A DNA stretch of 64,000 nucleotides from NCBI GenBank assembly GCA_965208245.1, contig OZ242325.1:922609-986608 (forward strand), in the 5' to 3' direction. Below, in pieces: positions 10,292-19,492 of the stretch. Under the pieces are notes generated by a model. It saw only the letters and a program-made list of their open reading frames with translations, was not told the origin of the DNA and made no database searches. The DNA comes from Candidatus Poribacteria bacterium (GTDB lineage: Bacteria; Poribacteria; WGA-4E; WGA-3G). Positions within the stretch are counted from its first letter, which is position 1, and every line of letters starts with the position of its first letter. Position numbers and translations under genes: made by a program.

Positions 10292-11047
10292 TTAGGTTAC
10301 AATCGAGTCATTGGTGTATGGGGGTGTCCGTGCAAGCGTTAGCACATCAATTTCAGTTGGGTCAGCTTCCCATAGGACATTGACTGCTTCTTGGATGGTA
10401 GCCCCCGTTGTAAAAACATCGTCAAACACGAGTAGTTTTTTGCCTTGGAGCTGCTCTCTCTTTTCTAAGTCGAAAGCACCAATTATGTTACTTTTACGTT
10501 TCTCTCTATCAAGACTACTTTGAGGGGAAGTGTTTTTTCTTCTAATCAACAGATCGGTTCTGACATCAACGTGGTCGTTCTCAGCGATTCCATTTGAAAG
10601 GATAATTGACTGGTTGAACCCTCGTTCATTCAAACGTATTTTATGTATGGGAATAGGAATGATGTAATCATATTCGGTCATTTTACAATTTGATGGTATA
10701 TTTTCAATAAGCAATTGTATCAGGTATTTTGCTACATTTTTTCGTTTTTCGAATTTGAACTGGTGTATCGCTTGCTGCAACGCACCTTTGTATAGCGCAA
10801 TAGTCCGTAGTTTTCCATAACGTGGCGGGTTCGTGTCACAATCTGTACAAGTTCCAGCAATGTTAGGTGTTCCACAGATTTCACAGAATGGTGGTTTGAT
10901 AAAATCTATGCTATCCCAACAGACATTACATAAGAATGGCACTGCATATAGTCCAATCTGATTTTCACAGATTCTACACTGTGTGGGATATAAAAAATTG
11001 ATTGCAGTGTTGAAGGTCTGCTGTAAGAAATCTAATCGTAGTTGCAT
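10292..11047 (-). CDS. comF: ComF family protein (double zinc ribbon + PRTase domain)
   Basis: CxxC pairs, RGFNQS, VFDDVFTTGAT. Confidence 0.88.
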   Translation of the reverse strand: MQLRLDFLQQTFNTAINFLYPTQCRICENQIGLYAVPFLCNVCWDSIDFIKPPFCEICGTPNIAGTCTDCDTNPPRYGKLRTIALYKGALQQAIHQFKFEKRKNVAKYLIQLLIENIPSNCKMTEYDYIIPIPIHKIRLNERGFNQSIILSNGIAENDHVDVRTDLLIRRKNTSPQSSLDREKRKSNIIGAFDLEKREQLQGKKLLVFDDVFTTGATIQEAVNVLWEADPTEIDVLTLARTPPYTNDSIVT

Positions 11048-11139
11048 TTGATTCCTTAATTATTTTATTTAATTGCTGAATTAGTTTAACACGCGTGGGA
11101 GAAGTTGTCAAGTAGGTTGATTCTGTTGTTACTTTGTTG

Positions 11140-11162
11140 CCAGGGTTATTCAGTTTTAGGTG
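11140..11162. repeat. solo MITE terminal repeat
   Basis: ccagggttattcagttttaggtg is identical to 47742-47764. Confidence 0.7.
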
Positions 11163-11238
11163 TTTTTTTAGGTATTTTGTCCATTTTCTATCACAATCGT
11201 TAATATTTACTATAGATTGGACAGTTTTAATTTTTTTA

Positions 11239-11426
11239 ATGACGAAATACCCGATATAACGGACAGAACAAAAATCAATCAAAGTATCATCACGGGCACC
11301 AGTTCGATGCTATCGGTTGGAGTACCCTGCAAAACACCTGAAGGTGTGCAGCTGTTTCCGTTCCACCGTGCTCGTAAACGCCTGCAGAAGGAGGAACCCA
11401 CGGTCAGAGAGTTATGGGGTGGTCAT
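11239..11426. ncRNA. candidate ~190-nt rod-shaped structured RNA (6S-like architecture)
   Basis: End-to-end pairing atgac/gtcat, accc/gggt, ataac/gttat; inner ACGGGCAC/GTGCTCGT, CTGCA/TGCAG, CACCT-GA-AGGTG hairpin; large central unpaired region. Confidence 0.35.
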
Positions 11427-11452
11427 AAAGGAGATATTATCAGTTTTTCGGT

Positions 11453-12346
11453 GTCAAACCCCATGCTTTAGTTTGTGGGATGTAGACACCGCCCAAGTGT
11501 TGTGTCAAGAAATATTGCTTGACAATTTTCAAAAATTTTGATACTTTAAACTACATCAGTGGTAGTTGTTGTAGCAACTGCCACACCACTACAATAGGAT
11601 GTAGCATCTTTTCAGATGGATGTTTGGCAAAAATATATCATATAGTAAGATGTCCTCTCATTTAACAAAGTTGAAAAGAAGAACTAAGAAGTATTGGAAT
11701 GAGTTGCCAAGTCAAGTAGCACAGAATGTTGTGAAACGAATAGGTGATAGTTATAGCCGCTTTTTTACTAATATCAAAGAGCGTAAGGAAGGTATAACAA
11801 CACGTAAAGTAGGTAGACCGAAAATTAAACCTAATCATACATATAACTCTATGACGTTCACACAAGTGGGTTGGCAACTTGAAGGTAATAGAATAAAGAT
11901 TAACTGTATAGACACGTGGTATAGTTTTCACAAACATCGTGAACTGAAAGGGACTATCAAGACAATAACGATAAAGCGTGATAGATGTGGAGACTATTGG
12001 ATATGCTTTAGTTGTGATAATGTTGACGATTCAGAACTATTTGCCAAGATTAGGTAAGAGTGTAGACTTTGATTTTGGATTGAAAACATTCAAGTGGGCA
12101 AGTGGACTGCCACAATTAAACCTTGTAGCGACTGCGGATATAACAACAAGGACTTGACTCTCTTAGATAGACAGTGGATATGTTCTGAATATGAAACACG
12201 CCACGATAGAGACATAAACGCTGCTATCAATATCAAACAGGCAGGCTTAGCTGCCTAAAGTGGGGCAGATGTCCGACGTAGTTCAGATCGGCTGTCAGCC
12301 GGGGAAGCATAGGTTTCCCCTACCTTTAGGTAGTGGGTACTATGAC
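11453..12346 (+). mobile_element. defective IS200/IS605-family element (no tnpA, internally deleted tnpB)
   Basis: Left end gtcaaaccccatgctttagtttgtgggatgtagac and right end cccctacctttaggtagtgggtactatgac nearly match the copy at 50823-52570. Confidence 0.88.
11620..12258 (+). pseudogene. tnpB: TnpB pseudogene (5' truncated, frameshift at RuvC-I, RuvC core deleted)
   Basis: High similarity to TnpB at 51365; sequence jumps from ...ttgaaaacatt to caagtgggcaag..., ending DRDINAAINIKQAGLAA*. Confidence 0.88.
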
Positions 12347-12361
12347 GTTCAGGAGCAATTT

Positions 12362-13795
12362 ATGAAGCGGCTGCGTGATCTAAACAATACCTTATCCAAA
12401 ATAGTGTTTATCCTACTGATAATCACTCCACTATGTTCTGTAGCACAGGATATCCAAATAAAAAAGGATTTAGATATGGATAAACACAGAATTAAGATTT
12501 ATAAAGAAAACTCGCGCTACTGGCAATACAAAGGCAAACCGATTCTTCTCATCGGCGGTTCGGTTGAAGATAATCTCTTTCAGATACCGAATCTCAGAGA
12601 GCATCTTGAGTTGATGAAGTCTGTCGGTGGCAACTATGTGCGATCAACGATGGGATGGAATGATGAAGGCAACATACCCCCCTTCAAAAAAGTCGGTGAC
12701 AAATATGACTTGGAACAGTGGAACGAAGAATTTTGGAACCGTTTTCAAAACTTCATTAAGTGGACACACGAATTGGATATTATTGTGCAGATAGAAGTCT
12801 GGGCAACCTTTACCTATTACCGAGATTCATGGGCTGCCAATCCTTTCAATCCAAAAAACAACAGCAATTACACTGCAGAGGAAACAGGGTTACCCACTGT
12901 TGTTAATAGCCACCCCGTAGCAACGCAGAACAACTTTTTCTGGTCTGTGCCGAAAGAACGAAATCAGAAAACTGTGTTGAAATATCAGGAAAAGTATGTA
13001 AATAAACTCCTCGCTGAAACACTGCCGTATGGTCATATACTCTACTGCATGGACAACGAAACAGCCGTCACTGCTGCGTGGGGTGAGTATTGGGCAACTT
13101 ACATACAGAAAAAAGCACAGGAAGCAGGACGGGACGTTGAAACCACTGAGATGTGGGATCCTTGGGATTTATCACATAAGAAACATCAAGCCACGTTTGA
13201 CCATCCTGAGACCTATTCGTTTTGTGATATATCGCAGAATAATCACCAGAAACGACAACGCCATTGGGATAACGCACAGAAGATTCGTGCGACACTCTCA
13301 CCTATCCGTCCCATCAATAACATAAAGATTTACGGTGCTGATGGGGGACGATTCGGCAGCACAAGAGATGGACTGGAAAGGTTTTGGCGAAACATCTTCG
13401 GAGGATTTGCATCTGCGCGATTCCACCGTCCCGATAGCGGTGTAGGATTAAGCGAAATCGCACAAGCACATCTCAAGAGTATGCAAATGATTACGGACGA
13501 GATGGATATCTTTACCTGTGAACCGAACAATGACCTACTTTCCAACAAAGAAGAAAACGAAGCGTATACCATCGCAAATCCGGGAAAGGAATATACAGTC
13601 TATTTTCCAAAAGGGGGTTCAGTAAATATTAACTTAGGTGTTGGCAAGAATTTAGATGCCGAAAAGGCAATAATCAGATGGCTAAACATTAATAAGAGTG
13701 AGTGGAAAAAGGAAGAGGAAATTTCGTATCGTGATAGCATCACATTAACCGCACCGACCGAGGCACATTGGGCAGTTTTGATTCTTATCAGATAA
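12362..13795 (+). CDS. secreted glycoside-hydrolase-like (TIM barrel) protein with C-terminal putative collagen-binding domain
   Basis: Signal-like N-terminus, YWQYKGKPILLIGG, GGNYVR, CMDNE, EYTVYFPKGG...W; ATG 12362 after AGGAG (the ORF-track start at 12260 lies inside the IS). Confidence 0.6.
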   Translation: MKRLRDLNNTLSKIVFILLIITPLCSVAQDIQIKKDLDMDKHRIKIYKENSRYWQYKGKPILLIGGSVEDNLFQIPNLREHLELMKSVGGNYVRSTMGWNDEGNIPPFKKVGDKYDLEQWNEEFWNRFQNFIKWTHELDIIVQIEVWATFTYYRDSWAANPFNPKNNSNYTAEETGLPTVVNSHPVATQNNFFWSVPKERNQKTVLKYQEKYVNKLLAETLPYGHILYCMDNETAVTAAWGEYWATYIQKKAQEAGRDVETTEMWDPWDLSHKKHQATFDHPETYSFCDISQNNHQKRQRHWDNAQKIRATLSPIRPINNIKIYGADGGRFGSTRDGLERFWRNIFGGFASARFHRPDSGVGLSEIAQAHLKSMQMITDEMDIFTCEPNNDLLSNKEENEAYTIANPGKEYTVYFPKGGSVNINLGVGKNLDAEKAIIRWLNINKSEWKKEEEISYRDSITLTAPTEAHWAVLILIR

Positions 13796-13826
13796 ATAGA
13801 AATGACATACAAACATTAGAAACGTT

Positions 13827-14565
13827 TTAATTTGGTGGTTTTAACTCGGTCTGCACCGCTTGGCGCACCTTTTCACAGGTTTGCATGGCATTTTCAGCAT
13901 CTGCAGCAGTCGGAGATTGACCTACATATCGCGTGTCCACTGCATGTTTCGATAAGACTGCAAGGGCACTTTTCCAGGAATGCCAAGATGGTATTGTCGA
14001 TTAGAATCAAGTTTAACAATTCCTTTAAATTGTGTGTCCTTGGTACAGGGATGTTATGTTCTTGGATCCACGCCTTTAGATGTTTTTCTGCACACTGCTG
14101 AGCATGGAAACACATACCGTTCGGCATTGCAAGTTGTTCTCGTTGGATTAATCTTGCTATGGCATAGTCTTCCTCAGCTAATTCAACCCACTCCAAAGTT
14201 AAAGGATTCATATCAGTATTCTCTTTTTTATACGGTTTAAAATAAAAATCGTCGGATTCATATAGCACCTGACCTTTTTCGGTGACTTCTCGGAGAAACC
14301 AATCGTTATGTGAGATGCGATAGGCGATCTCTTCTGGTGAACGTACAAGTATGTCCATACTGAATCGACGTGGAATTCGTTGACGTATTTCTACTGCTTG
14401 GTCTCGCGTTTCCGATTTTGCTATCGGCATCACGACTAACAGGTCAACATCCGAATATTCAGACGGTGTCCCATACGCATAAGACCCAAAGAGAATTACC
14501 TGCAGCGGTGCAAATTCCCGGACAATATCATTACATGTGGTTTGAATGTCTTTGTGACTAACCAT
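13827..14565 (-). pseudogene. fused MNT (nucleotidyltransferase)-HEPN protein with a +1 frameshift in the HEPN domain
   Basis: LFGSYAYG..SDVDLLV; HAQQCAEKHLKA, PRTHNL; alternative frame continues STIPSWHSWKSALAVLSKHAVDTRY...PPN*. Confidence 0.8.
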
Positions 14566-14817
14566 TTTTCACCTTTGTTCAGTTTGTGGTCTATACTTTG
14601 CTTGCAATTCATCTAAGGAATCGGTTTATCTCTGGTTGTATTAAATTATGCAATATATCTTTTACGCATGCAAGATAAATTTCCCGAAACGCAGAACTTA
14701 CGCGCCCAATGCTGCAATAGACAAATATATCGGTAAACCAGTAAAGGGATTGTGTCATTATTTTTGCATTAACGTTAATCTTGTAGTATAATTTATACCG
14801 TTGCTTAGAGAGGAGAT

Positions 14818-15171
14818 ATGTCCCAACACCATTTTCATAATATCGGAGTAAACGTCATGGTACTGATACCTTTTCCTTTTAATAAACGACGGTTAGACCA
14901 GTTCAAACATGAAAATGTAGGGATGTTTGACCTCGCGTCAATTGGGATAACACTTGCTCTTGCTATTGTTATCGGTTATTTTGGTGGTAAGTGGATCGGT
15001 GGTAAATTAGGCAACGCCGATTTAGGATCAATCATCGGATTTGTACTCGGAGTCGCAGCTGGATTTATGGAGATGTTCCGCTCAATAGCGCGATGGAACC
15101 GAAAAATGGAACGCATGGAAAAACAACGGCGTGAGGCTGCACAACAAGCACAAGAAGATATAAGAGAATAG
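14818..15171 (+). CDS. atpZ: AtpZ/AtpI ('ATPase gene 1') family protein
   Basis: Two TM segments, GYFGGKWIG..G, GFVLGVAAGF; first gene of the atp operon. Confidence 0.8.
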   Translation: MSQHHFHNIGVNVMVLIPFPFNKRRLDQFKHENVGMFDLASIGITLALAIVIGYFGGKWIGGKLGNADLGSIIGFVLGVAAGFMEMFRSIARWNRKMERMEKQRREAAQQAQEDIRE

Positions 15172-15239
15172 TTCTTAAAAAACGGGAAAAGGAGAAATAA
15201 AATTCGTAAATTATTGTGACAGCAAAGGAGTTGTTCATA

Positions 15240-15908
15240 ATGCGGACTGTTTTGGATTTTAATGACCGGTCTATCCTGAATATTTATCTGTTTATATTGT
15301 TTCTTACAATAACTGTTATATTGGAAGCATGGATGACAGGTCAAGCTTCTACACTCCCGATTTTTCTGGTTGGATGTACTATTGGGTTCAGTCTATTCTG
15401 GGTTATTGAATTCGCAGCTCAGCGGGTTGTTCTTACTAGAAAAACTAACCAAACAAAGAACTTACCACGAATGATTTTTCTCGGTAGGTATACAGTTCTC
15501 GGAGGACTACTTTATTTCTTATTCAATTTCTTGTTTACTTCAGTCGGCATCATACTTGGCCTCTTAACATGCTTCACAATTTGCATAAGTTTCTTCGTAG
15601 GCAACTGGTTCAATAGCAAATCAAGTAACGCAAAAAGTGTTGCGAATGTAAAGATGTTCGACATCGCTTCGTACGGGTTAAACACTGTTCTCGCCTTTTG
15701 TATCGGTTATTTCATAGGTAGGTGGATCGGAAGGAATCTTGACGAGGTAGAAAGCGGTGAAAATTATGGGTTAGTTCTTGGAATCGTTGTTGCCATAATT
15801 GAGTCGTTGCGAATGGGTAAAAAACGTCGCTTAGCTGAGCAACAAGTACAAGAAAATAAAGAGGAAAATATCCTATTGAGAATGGAAAACGATCCTCCGA
15901 TATCTTGA
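15240..15908 (+). CDS. AtpI-AtpZ fusion paralog
   Basis: N-terminal half aligns with the 15929 protein and C-terminal half with the 14818 protein; AAGGAG RBS. Confidence 0.75.
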   Translation: MRTVLDFNDRSILNIYLFILFLTITVILEAWMTGQASTLPIFLVGCTIGFSLFWVIEFAAQRVVLTRKTNQTKNLPRMIFLGRYTVLGGLLYFLFNFLFTSVGIILGLLTCFTICISFFVGNWFNSKSSNAKSVANVKMFDIASYGLNTVLAFCIGYFIGRWIGRNLDEVESGENYGLVLGIVVAIIESLRMGKKRRLAEQQVQENKEENILLRMENDPPIS

Positions 15909-15928
15909 CAAAGGAGACACCTAACTAA

Positions 15929-16336
15929 ATGGGTCCCACACTTGAATTTGGTGACCGGTTTATCAAACACGTCTATATTCTAACAATCTGCCTTACCGTT
16001 GCGATAGTCGTAGTATTGTTAATCTTCAGACGGAATGCGACCCCCAGTTTCCTTATCGGTAGTGCGATTGGTCTCAGTCTGTTCTGGTCAATTGAGTTCA
16101 TGATTCGCAGGTTGATTCGTCCCGGGAAAACGCAGAAAACAAAGTATCTTCTCGGTTTTATCGCGCTTAGTAAATATACATTACTCGGTGTGCTTATGTT
16201 TTTCCTGTTCAGAATGGAATGGTTGGATATTTATGCCTTCGGCGGTGGGATCGTTTTAGTTCAAGGGGCAATCATCATAAAAGCAGTTGGTCTGATGGTC
16301 ACTATTCTCAGAAACAGAGACCCCGACCAACCTTAA
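15929..16336 (+). CDS. atpI: ATP synthase subunit I
   Basis: Four-TM membrane protein immediately upstream of atpB. Confidence 0.75.
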   Translation: MGPTLEFGDRFIKHVYILTICLTVAIVVVLLIFRRNATPSFLIGSAIGLSLFWSIEFMIRRLIRPGKTQKTKYLLGFIALSKYTLLGVLMFFLFRMEWLDIYAFGGGIVLVQGAIIIKAVGLMVTILRNRDPDQP

Positions 16337-16386
16337 AAAACATCACACGTCTTTTTAAAAACTGGAAGTATTTACAGCAAGAAAAT

Positions 16387-17217
16387 ATGAAAAAAATATC
16401 GTATATCTGCTTGGTCATTGGACTCTGCGTTTTATCAGTGCCAGGTGCATTTGCAGCTGATGACCATGGTTCCCGAAGTTTACTCTATTCAATATCACGA
16501 ATTTTGCCTGATAACATTGTCCCTGAACCGAGTGGATGGCACCAGCCGGATCTCATTCCAAATACGTATTTTGCGGTAATCATTTTAGTTGTACTTTTCA
16601 TTATTGCGACAAGGAAGTTGAAACGGGTTCCCGAAGGAAGAGGACAAACATTGTTAGAGATGTTTGTCGGGGGTATCATGGATTTCTTCGGTGGGATCCT
16701 CGGTGACCACGGCAAGAAATATGTTCCGTTTGTCGGTTCATTTTTTATATTCATTCTCTCCCTTAACTATCTCGGAATCATTCCGGGGCTTCAACCACCA
16801 ACAGCAGATTTGAACACAACGCTCGCACTCGGTATTACGGCTATCTTAGGTGTTCAAATCATCGCTATTAAAGAAATCGGGTTCATCGGTTATCTGAAAC
16901 ACTTAGCAGGGAACCCTCCGTGGTTAGGCGTTTTGATGTTCCCACTTGAAGTTATTGCGCAGTTATCCCGTGCAGGTTCACTTGCAGTTCGACTTTTTGG
17001 GAATATCTTTGGTGAAAAATCAGTCGTTATTCAACTTACTGCACTTGGGATAGTCTCAATCGGCTCTTTCTATCTTCCGATACCCGTTCAGGTGCCGATG
17101 CTGTTTTTTGCTTTATTCGCAGGTTTTTTACAGGCATTCGTATTTACCATCTTAACATCTATCTATATTGTACTGTTCATTGAACACGATGATGAAGCGC
17201 ATGAAGCGCATCATTAA
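16387..17217 (+). CDS. atpB: Fo subunit a
   Basis: PTADLNTTLAL, SLAVRLFGNIFG, LQAFVFTILT. Confidence 0.95.
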   Translation: MKKISYICLVIGLCVLSVPGAFAADDHGSRSLLYSISRILPDNIVPEPSGWHQPDLIPNTYFAVIILVVLFIIATRKLKRVPEGRGQTLLEMFVGGIMDFFGGILGDHGKKYVPFVGSFFIFILSLNYLGIIPGLQPPTADLNTTLALGITAILGVQIIAIKEIGFIGYLKHLAGNPPWLGVLMFPLEVIAQLSRAGSLAVRLFGNIFGEKSVVIQLTALGIVSIGSFYLPIPVQVPMLFFALFAGFLQAFVFTILTSIYIVLFIEHDDEAHEAHH

Positions 17218-17270
17218 ATTTCTGCGGGACAAACGTCATTTTGTCCCTTTCTGTCCAAGGAGGACATTTT

Positions 17271-17573
17271 ATGATTTACTTAGCAGTGTTGGCGTTTGGT
17301 GTAACGTTGGGTTTGCCAATCGCTGTCATTTTTGCTTCAAGAGCACAGGGAAGTGCAACAAGCACCGCTCTTGAAGGTATTGCTCGTCAACCTGAGTCAG
17401 CCGCTAAAATTCAGACTGCAATGATTATCGGTTTGGCACTCATCGAATCGCTTATCATCTATGCACTCTTAATGTTCTTTATGTTGTATGGAAAACTTCC
17501 TGAAGGTGAAATCCTCCAGAATATGATTGATGCATCAACAAAAAGTAGTCAGACCGAAACTGCTGGCGAATAA
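17271..17573 (+). CDS. atpE: Fo subunit c
   Basis: ARQPE loop, GLALIESLIIY. Confidence 0.95.
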   Translation: MIYLAVLAFGVTLGLPIAVIFASRAQGSATSTALEGIARQPESAAKIQTAMIIGLALIESLIIYALLMFFMLYGKLPEGEILQNMIDASTKSSQTETAGE

Positions 17574-17586
17574 CAACGAACATCAC

Positions 17587-17633
17587 CCTAAACTTTTTGG
17601 GGCATGCAGGATATTGTCCCAAGAAAGTTTAGG
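17587..17633 (+). promoter_or_regulatory. intergenic stem-loop between atpE and atpF
   Basis: cctaaactttttgggg ... cccaagaaagtttagg inverted repeat. Confidence 0.55.
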
Positions 17634-17656
17634 ATAACGGTACTATAGGGAATACA

Positions 17657-18244
17657 ATGAGAAGAAAAATATTCGTCTGTTGTCTCATTCTGATGGGTAG
17701 CTGCCTTATCAACGTATTTGCTGCAGATACTCCCGATGATGGCGGTGGATTATTGAGTCTACTCGGTATTAATCCACAAGTCATTCTCAGTCAGATTCCT
17801 GCATTTCTAATCGTGCTTTTGGTACTCTGGAAGTTTGTTTTCGGTAAAGTCGGAGGAATGTTGGACGAACGTCGAACTGAAATTACGACGCAGTTAGAAC
17901 AGTTGAAAACTGACCGAGAGGAATTAGATCGTCTCACCGTTGAAACACGGCAACGTTTAGGTGATATTGAAAATGAGGCGCAAGCCAAAATTCAAGCGGC
18001 GATTGATCAAGGGAACAGTGAACGGCAGCAGATCGTCGCACAAGCACGGCAGGAAGCTGAAGATGAAATCACACGCGCACGCGCAGAAATTCAACGCGAG
18101 AAAGACGATGCAATCTTAGAACTACGCGGTGTTGTCGCTGAACTCGCTGTTGATGCAGCCAGCAAAATCATTCGGGCAGAACTCAATACAGAGAGACATC
18201 AGAGTATTATTGACGCTTCTATTGGCAGATTGTCAGCAGAATAG
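17657..18244 (+). CDS. atpF: Fo subunit b
   Basis: TM segment followed by LDERR and long coiled coil; operon position. Confidence 0.92.
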   Translation: MRRKIFVCCLILMGSCLINVFAADTPDDGGGLLSLLGINPQVILSQIPAFLIVLLVLWKFVFGKVGGMLDERRTEITTQLEQLKTDREELDRLTVETRQRLGDIENEAQAKIQAAIDQGNSERQQIVAQARQEAEDEITRARAEIQREKDDAILELRGVVAELAVDAASKIIRAELNTERHQSIIDASIGRLSAE

Positions 18245-18334
18245 GTATCAGTGTTTGCATGTCTAACATCTTATTGATAGCAATCCGAGTTAACTGAAAA
18301 CTGACAACTGAAAACTATGATAAGGTAAAAAACT

Positions 18335-18874
18335 ATGAGAGACATTCGGGTGGCAAAACCTTATGCTCGTGCTTTATACGAAGCGGCTATTGAACAGAAT
18401 GCTTTGGATGTTATTACCGTTGATGTTGAAACGTTTCAAAAACTGATTGAACAGTCTGAGGAATTGAACCAGTTCATAAATACGCCGCTGTTGTCACCTC
18501 AATTTAAAAGCGACACATTTCAGCAGCTTTTCTCTGAATCAATGAATCCGCTAATGATTAACTTCTTTAAGCTGCTTGCCTTAAGACAACGTGAACGTTA
18601 CCTTGTCAGCATATTGGATGTCTTCACGGCAATTGTTGATGAAGCGGCTGGTAGGGTTGTCGCCAAAGTAACCACAGTTGTGCCGCTTACACATAATCAA
18701 GAGCAACAACTCATTCAGCAATTAAGTGCATATTCAGGTAAACAGGTGCGATTGGAAACTGAAACCAATGAAGAAATTCAGGGAGGGTTTGTTGTTCAAT
18801 TAGGCGACACCGTTTTTGATGCAAGTGTCACAACACAACTTCAACGTTTGAAACGACAACTCGCTAAGGGGTAA
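18335..18874 (+). CDS. atpH: F1 subunit delta
   Basis: VAKPYARALY, IQGGFVVQLGDTVFDASV. Confidence 0.95.
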   Translation: MRDIRVAKPYARALYEAAIEQNALDVITVDVETFQKLIEQSEELNQFINTPLLSPQFKSDTFQQLFSESMNPLMINFFKLLALRQRERYLVSILDVFTAIVDEAAGRVVAKVTTVVPLTHNQEQQLIQQLSAYSGKQVRLETETNEEIQGGFVVQLGDTVFDASVTTQLQRLKRQLAKG

Positions 18875-18984
18875 ACTGCTGTACTTTGGAAAGTTCAGGC
18901 ATTGATTAATTTCAAGTGAAACCTTACAATTATATTTTGGGAGTAGGGCGAAAGTAAATCAGCCTGCTATTGCTATTTTAAGAA

Positions 18985-19350
18985 ATGGGTTGTGTAACGA
19001 ATTGGATGTATGCTGGAATCTTGATTTTTTGTATATTTGCCTGGCCTCTATTTCTGATAGATACAGCCGACAGTGTGATTGTAGTTATATTGTTCGTTCC
19101 AAACAGTTTGATTGCTATAAATGCATGGTATCGATGTCATTCCAGTGAGTTAGGATTCTTTCAAGGATTCAGTTTAATTGCGACTCGTTTTATGTCAGGA
19201 TGTGCTAATATCACAATACTATACTTGCCTTTTATATTGTTAGGGGTGTATTTTGCTTCGATCTATTATTCAATAGTTGGAATACTTTATGATAGAAAAG
19301 AGTCTCAAGAACGGTGGATCAGACTTGTCGTAAAATTGGTTGATTGGTGA
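18985..19350 (+). CDS. hypothetical membrane protein
   Basis: Hydrophobic 121-aa ORF inserted in the atp operon. Confidence 0.45.
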   Translation: MGCVTNWMYAGILIFCIFAWPLFLIDTADSVIVVILFVPNSLIAINAWYRCHSSELGFFQGFSLIATRFMSGCANITILYLPFILLGVYFASIYYSIVGILYDRKESQERWIRLVVKLVDW

Positions 19351-19492
19351 TATTGGTATTGCTACAATATACTTTGAAATTACAGTTTGTAGATTGGGAA
19401 AGTGAAAACAAAACCAAATTTATCTGTCCATTGTTATTTTCGTGTTCAACCTGAACTAGGGATTATGTTTGACATACAAAAGGTAAGTTATA

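Noticed and set aside
11290-11426. raiA-motif RNA, SRP RNA or riboswitch assignment
   Set aside because: Near comF, but the diagnostic conserved motifs could not be matched by eye; kept only as an unassigned ncRNA candidate
12260-12361. N-terminal extension of the 511-aa ORF
   Set aside because: Lies within the IS right end; ATG 12362 has an AGGAG RBS and a signal-like sequence
18290-18316. Short heptamer repeat aactga(a/c) x3-4
   Set aside because: Too short to support a function; a common intergenic low-complexity repeat
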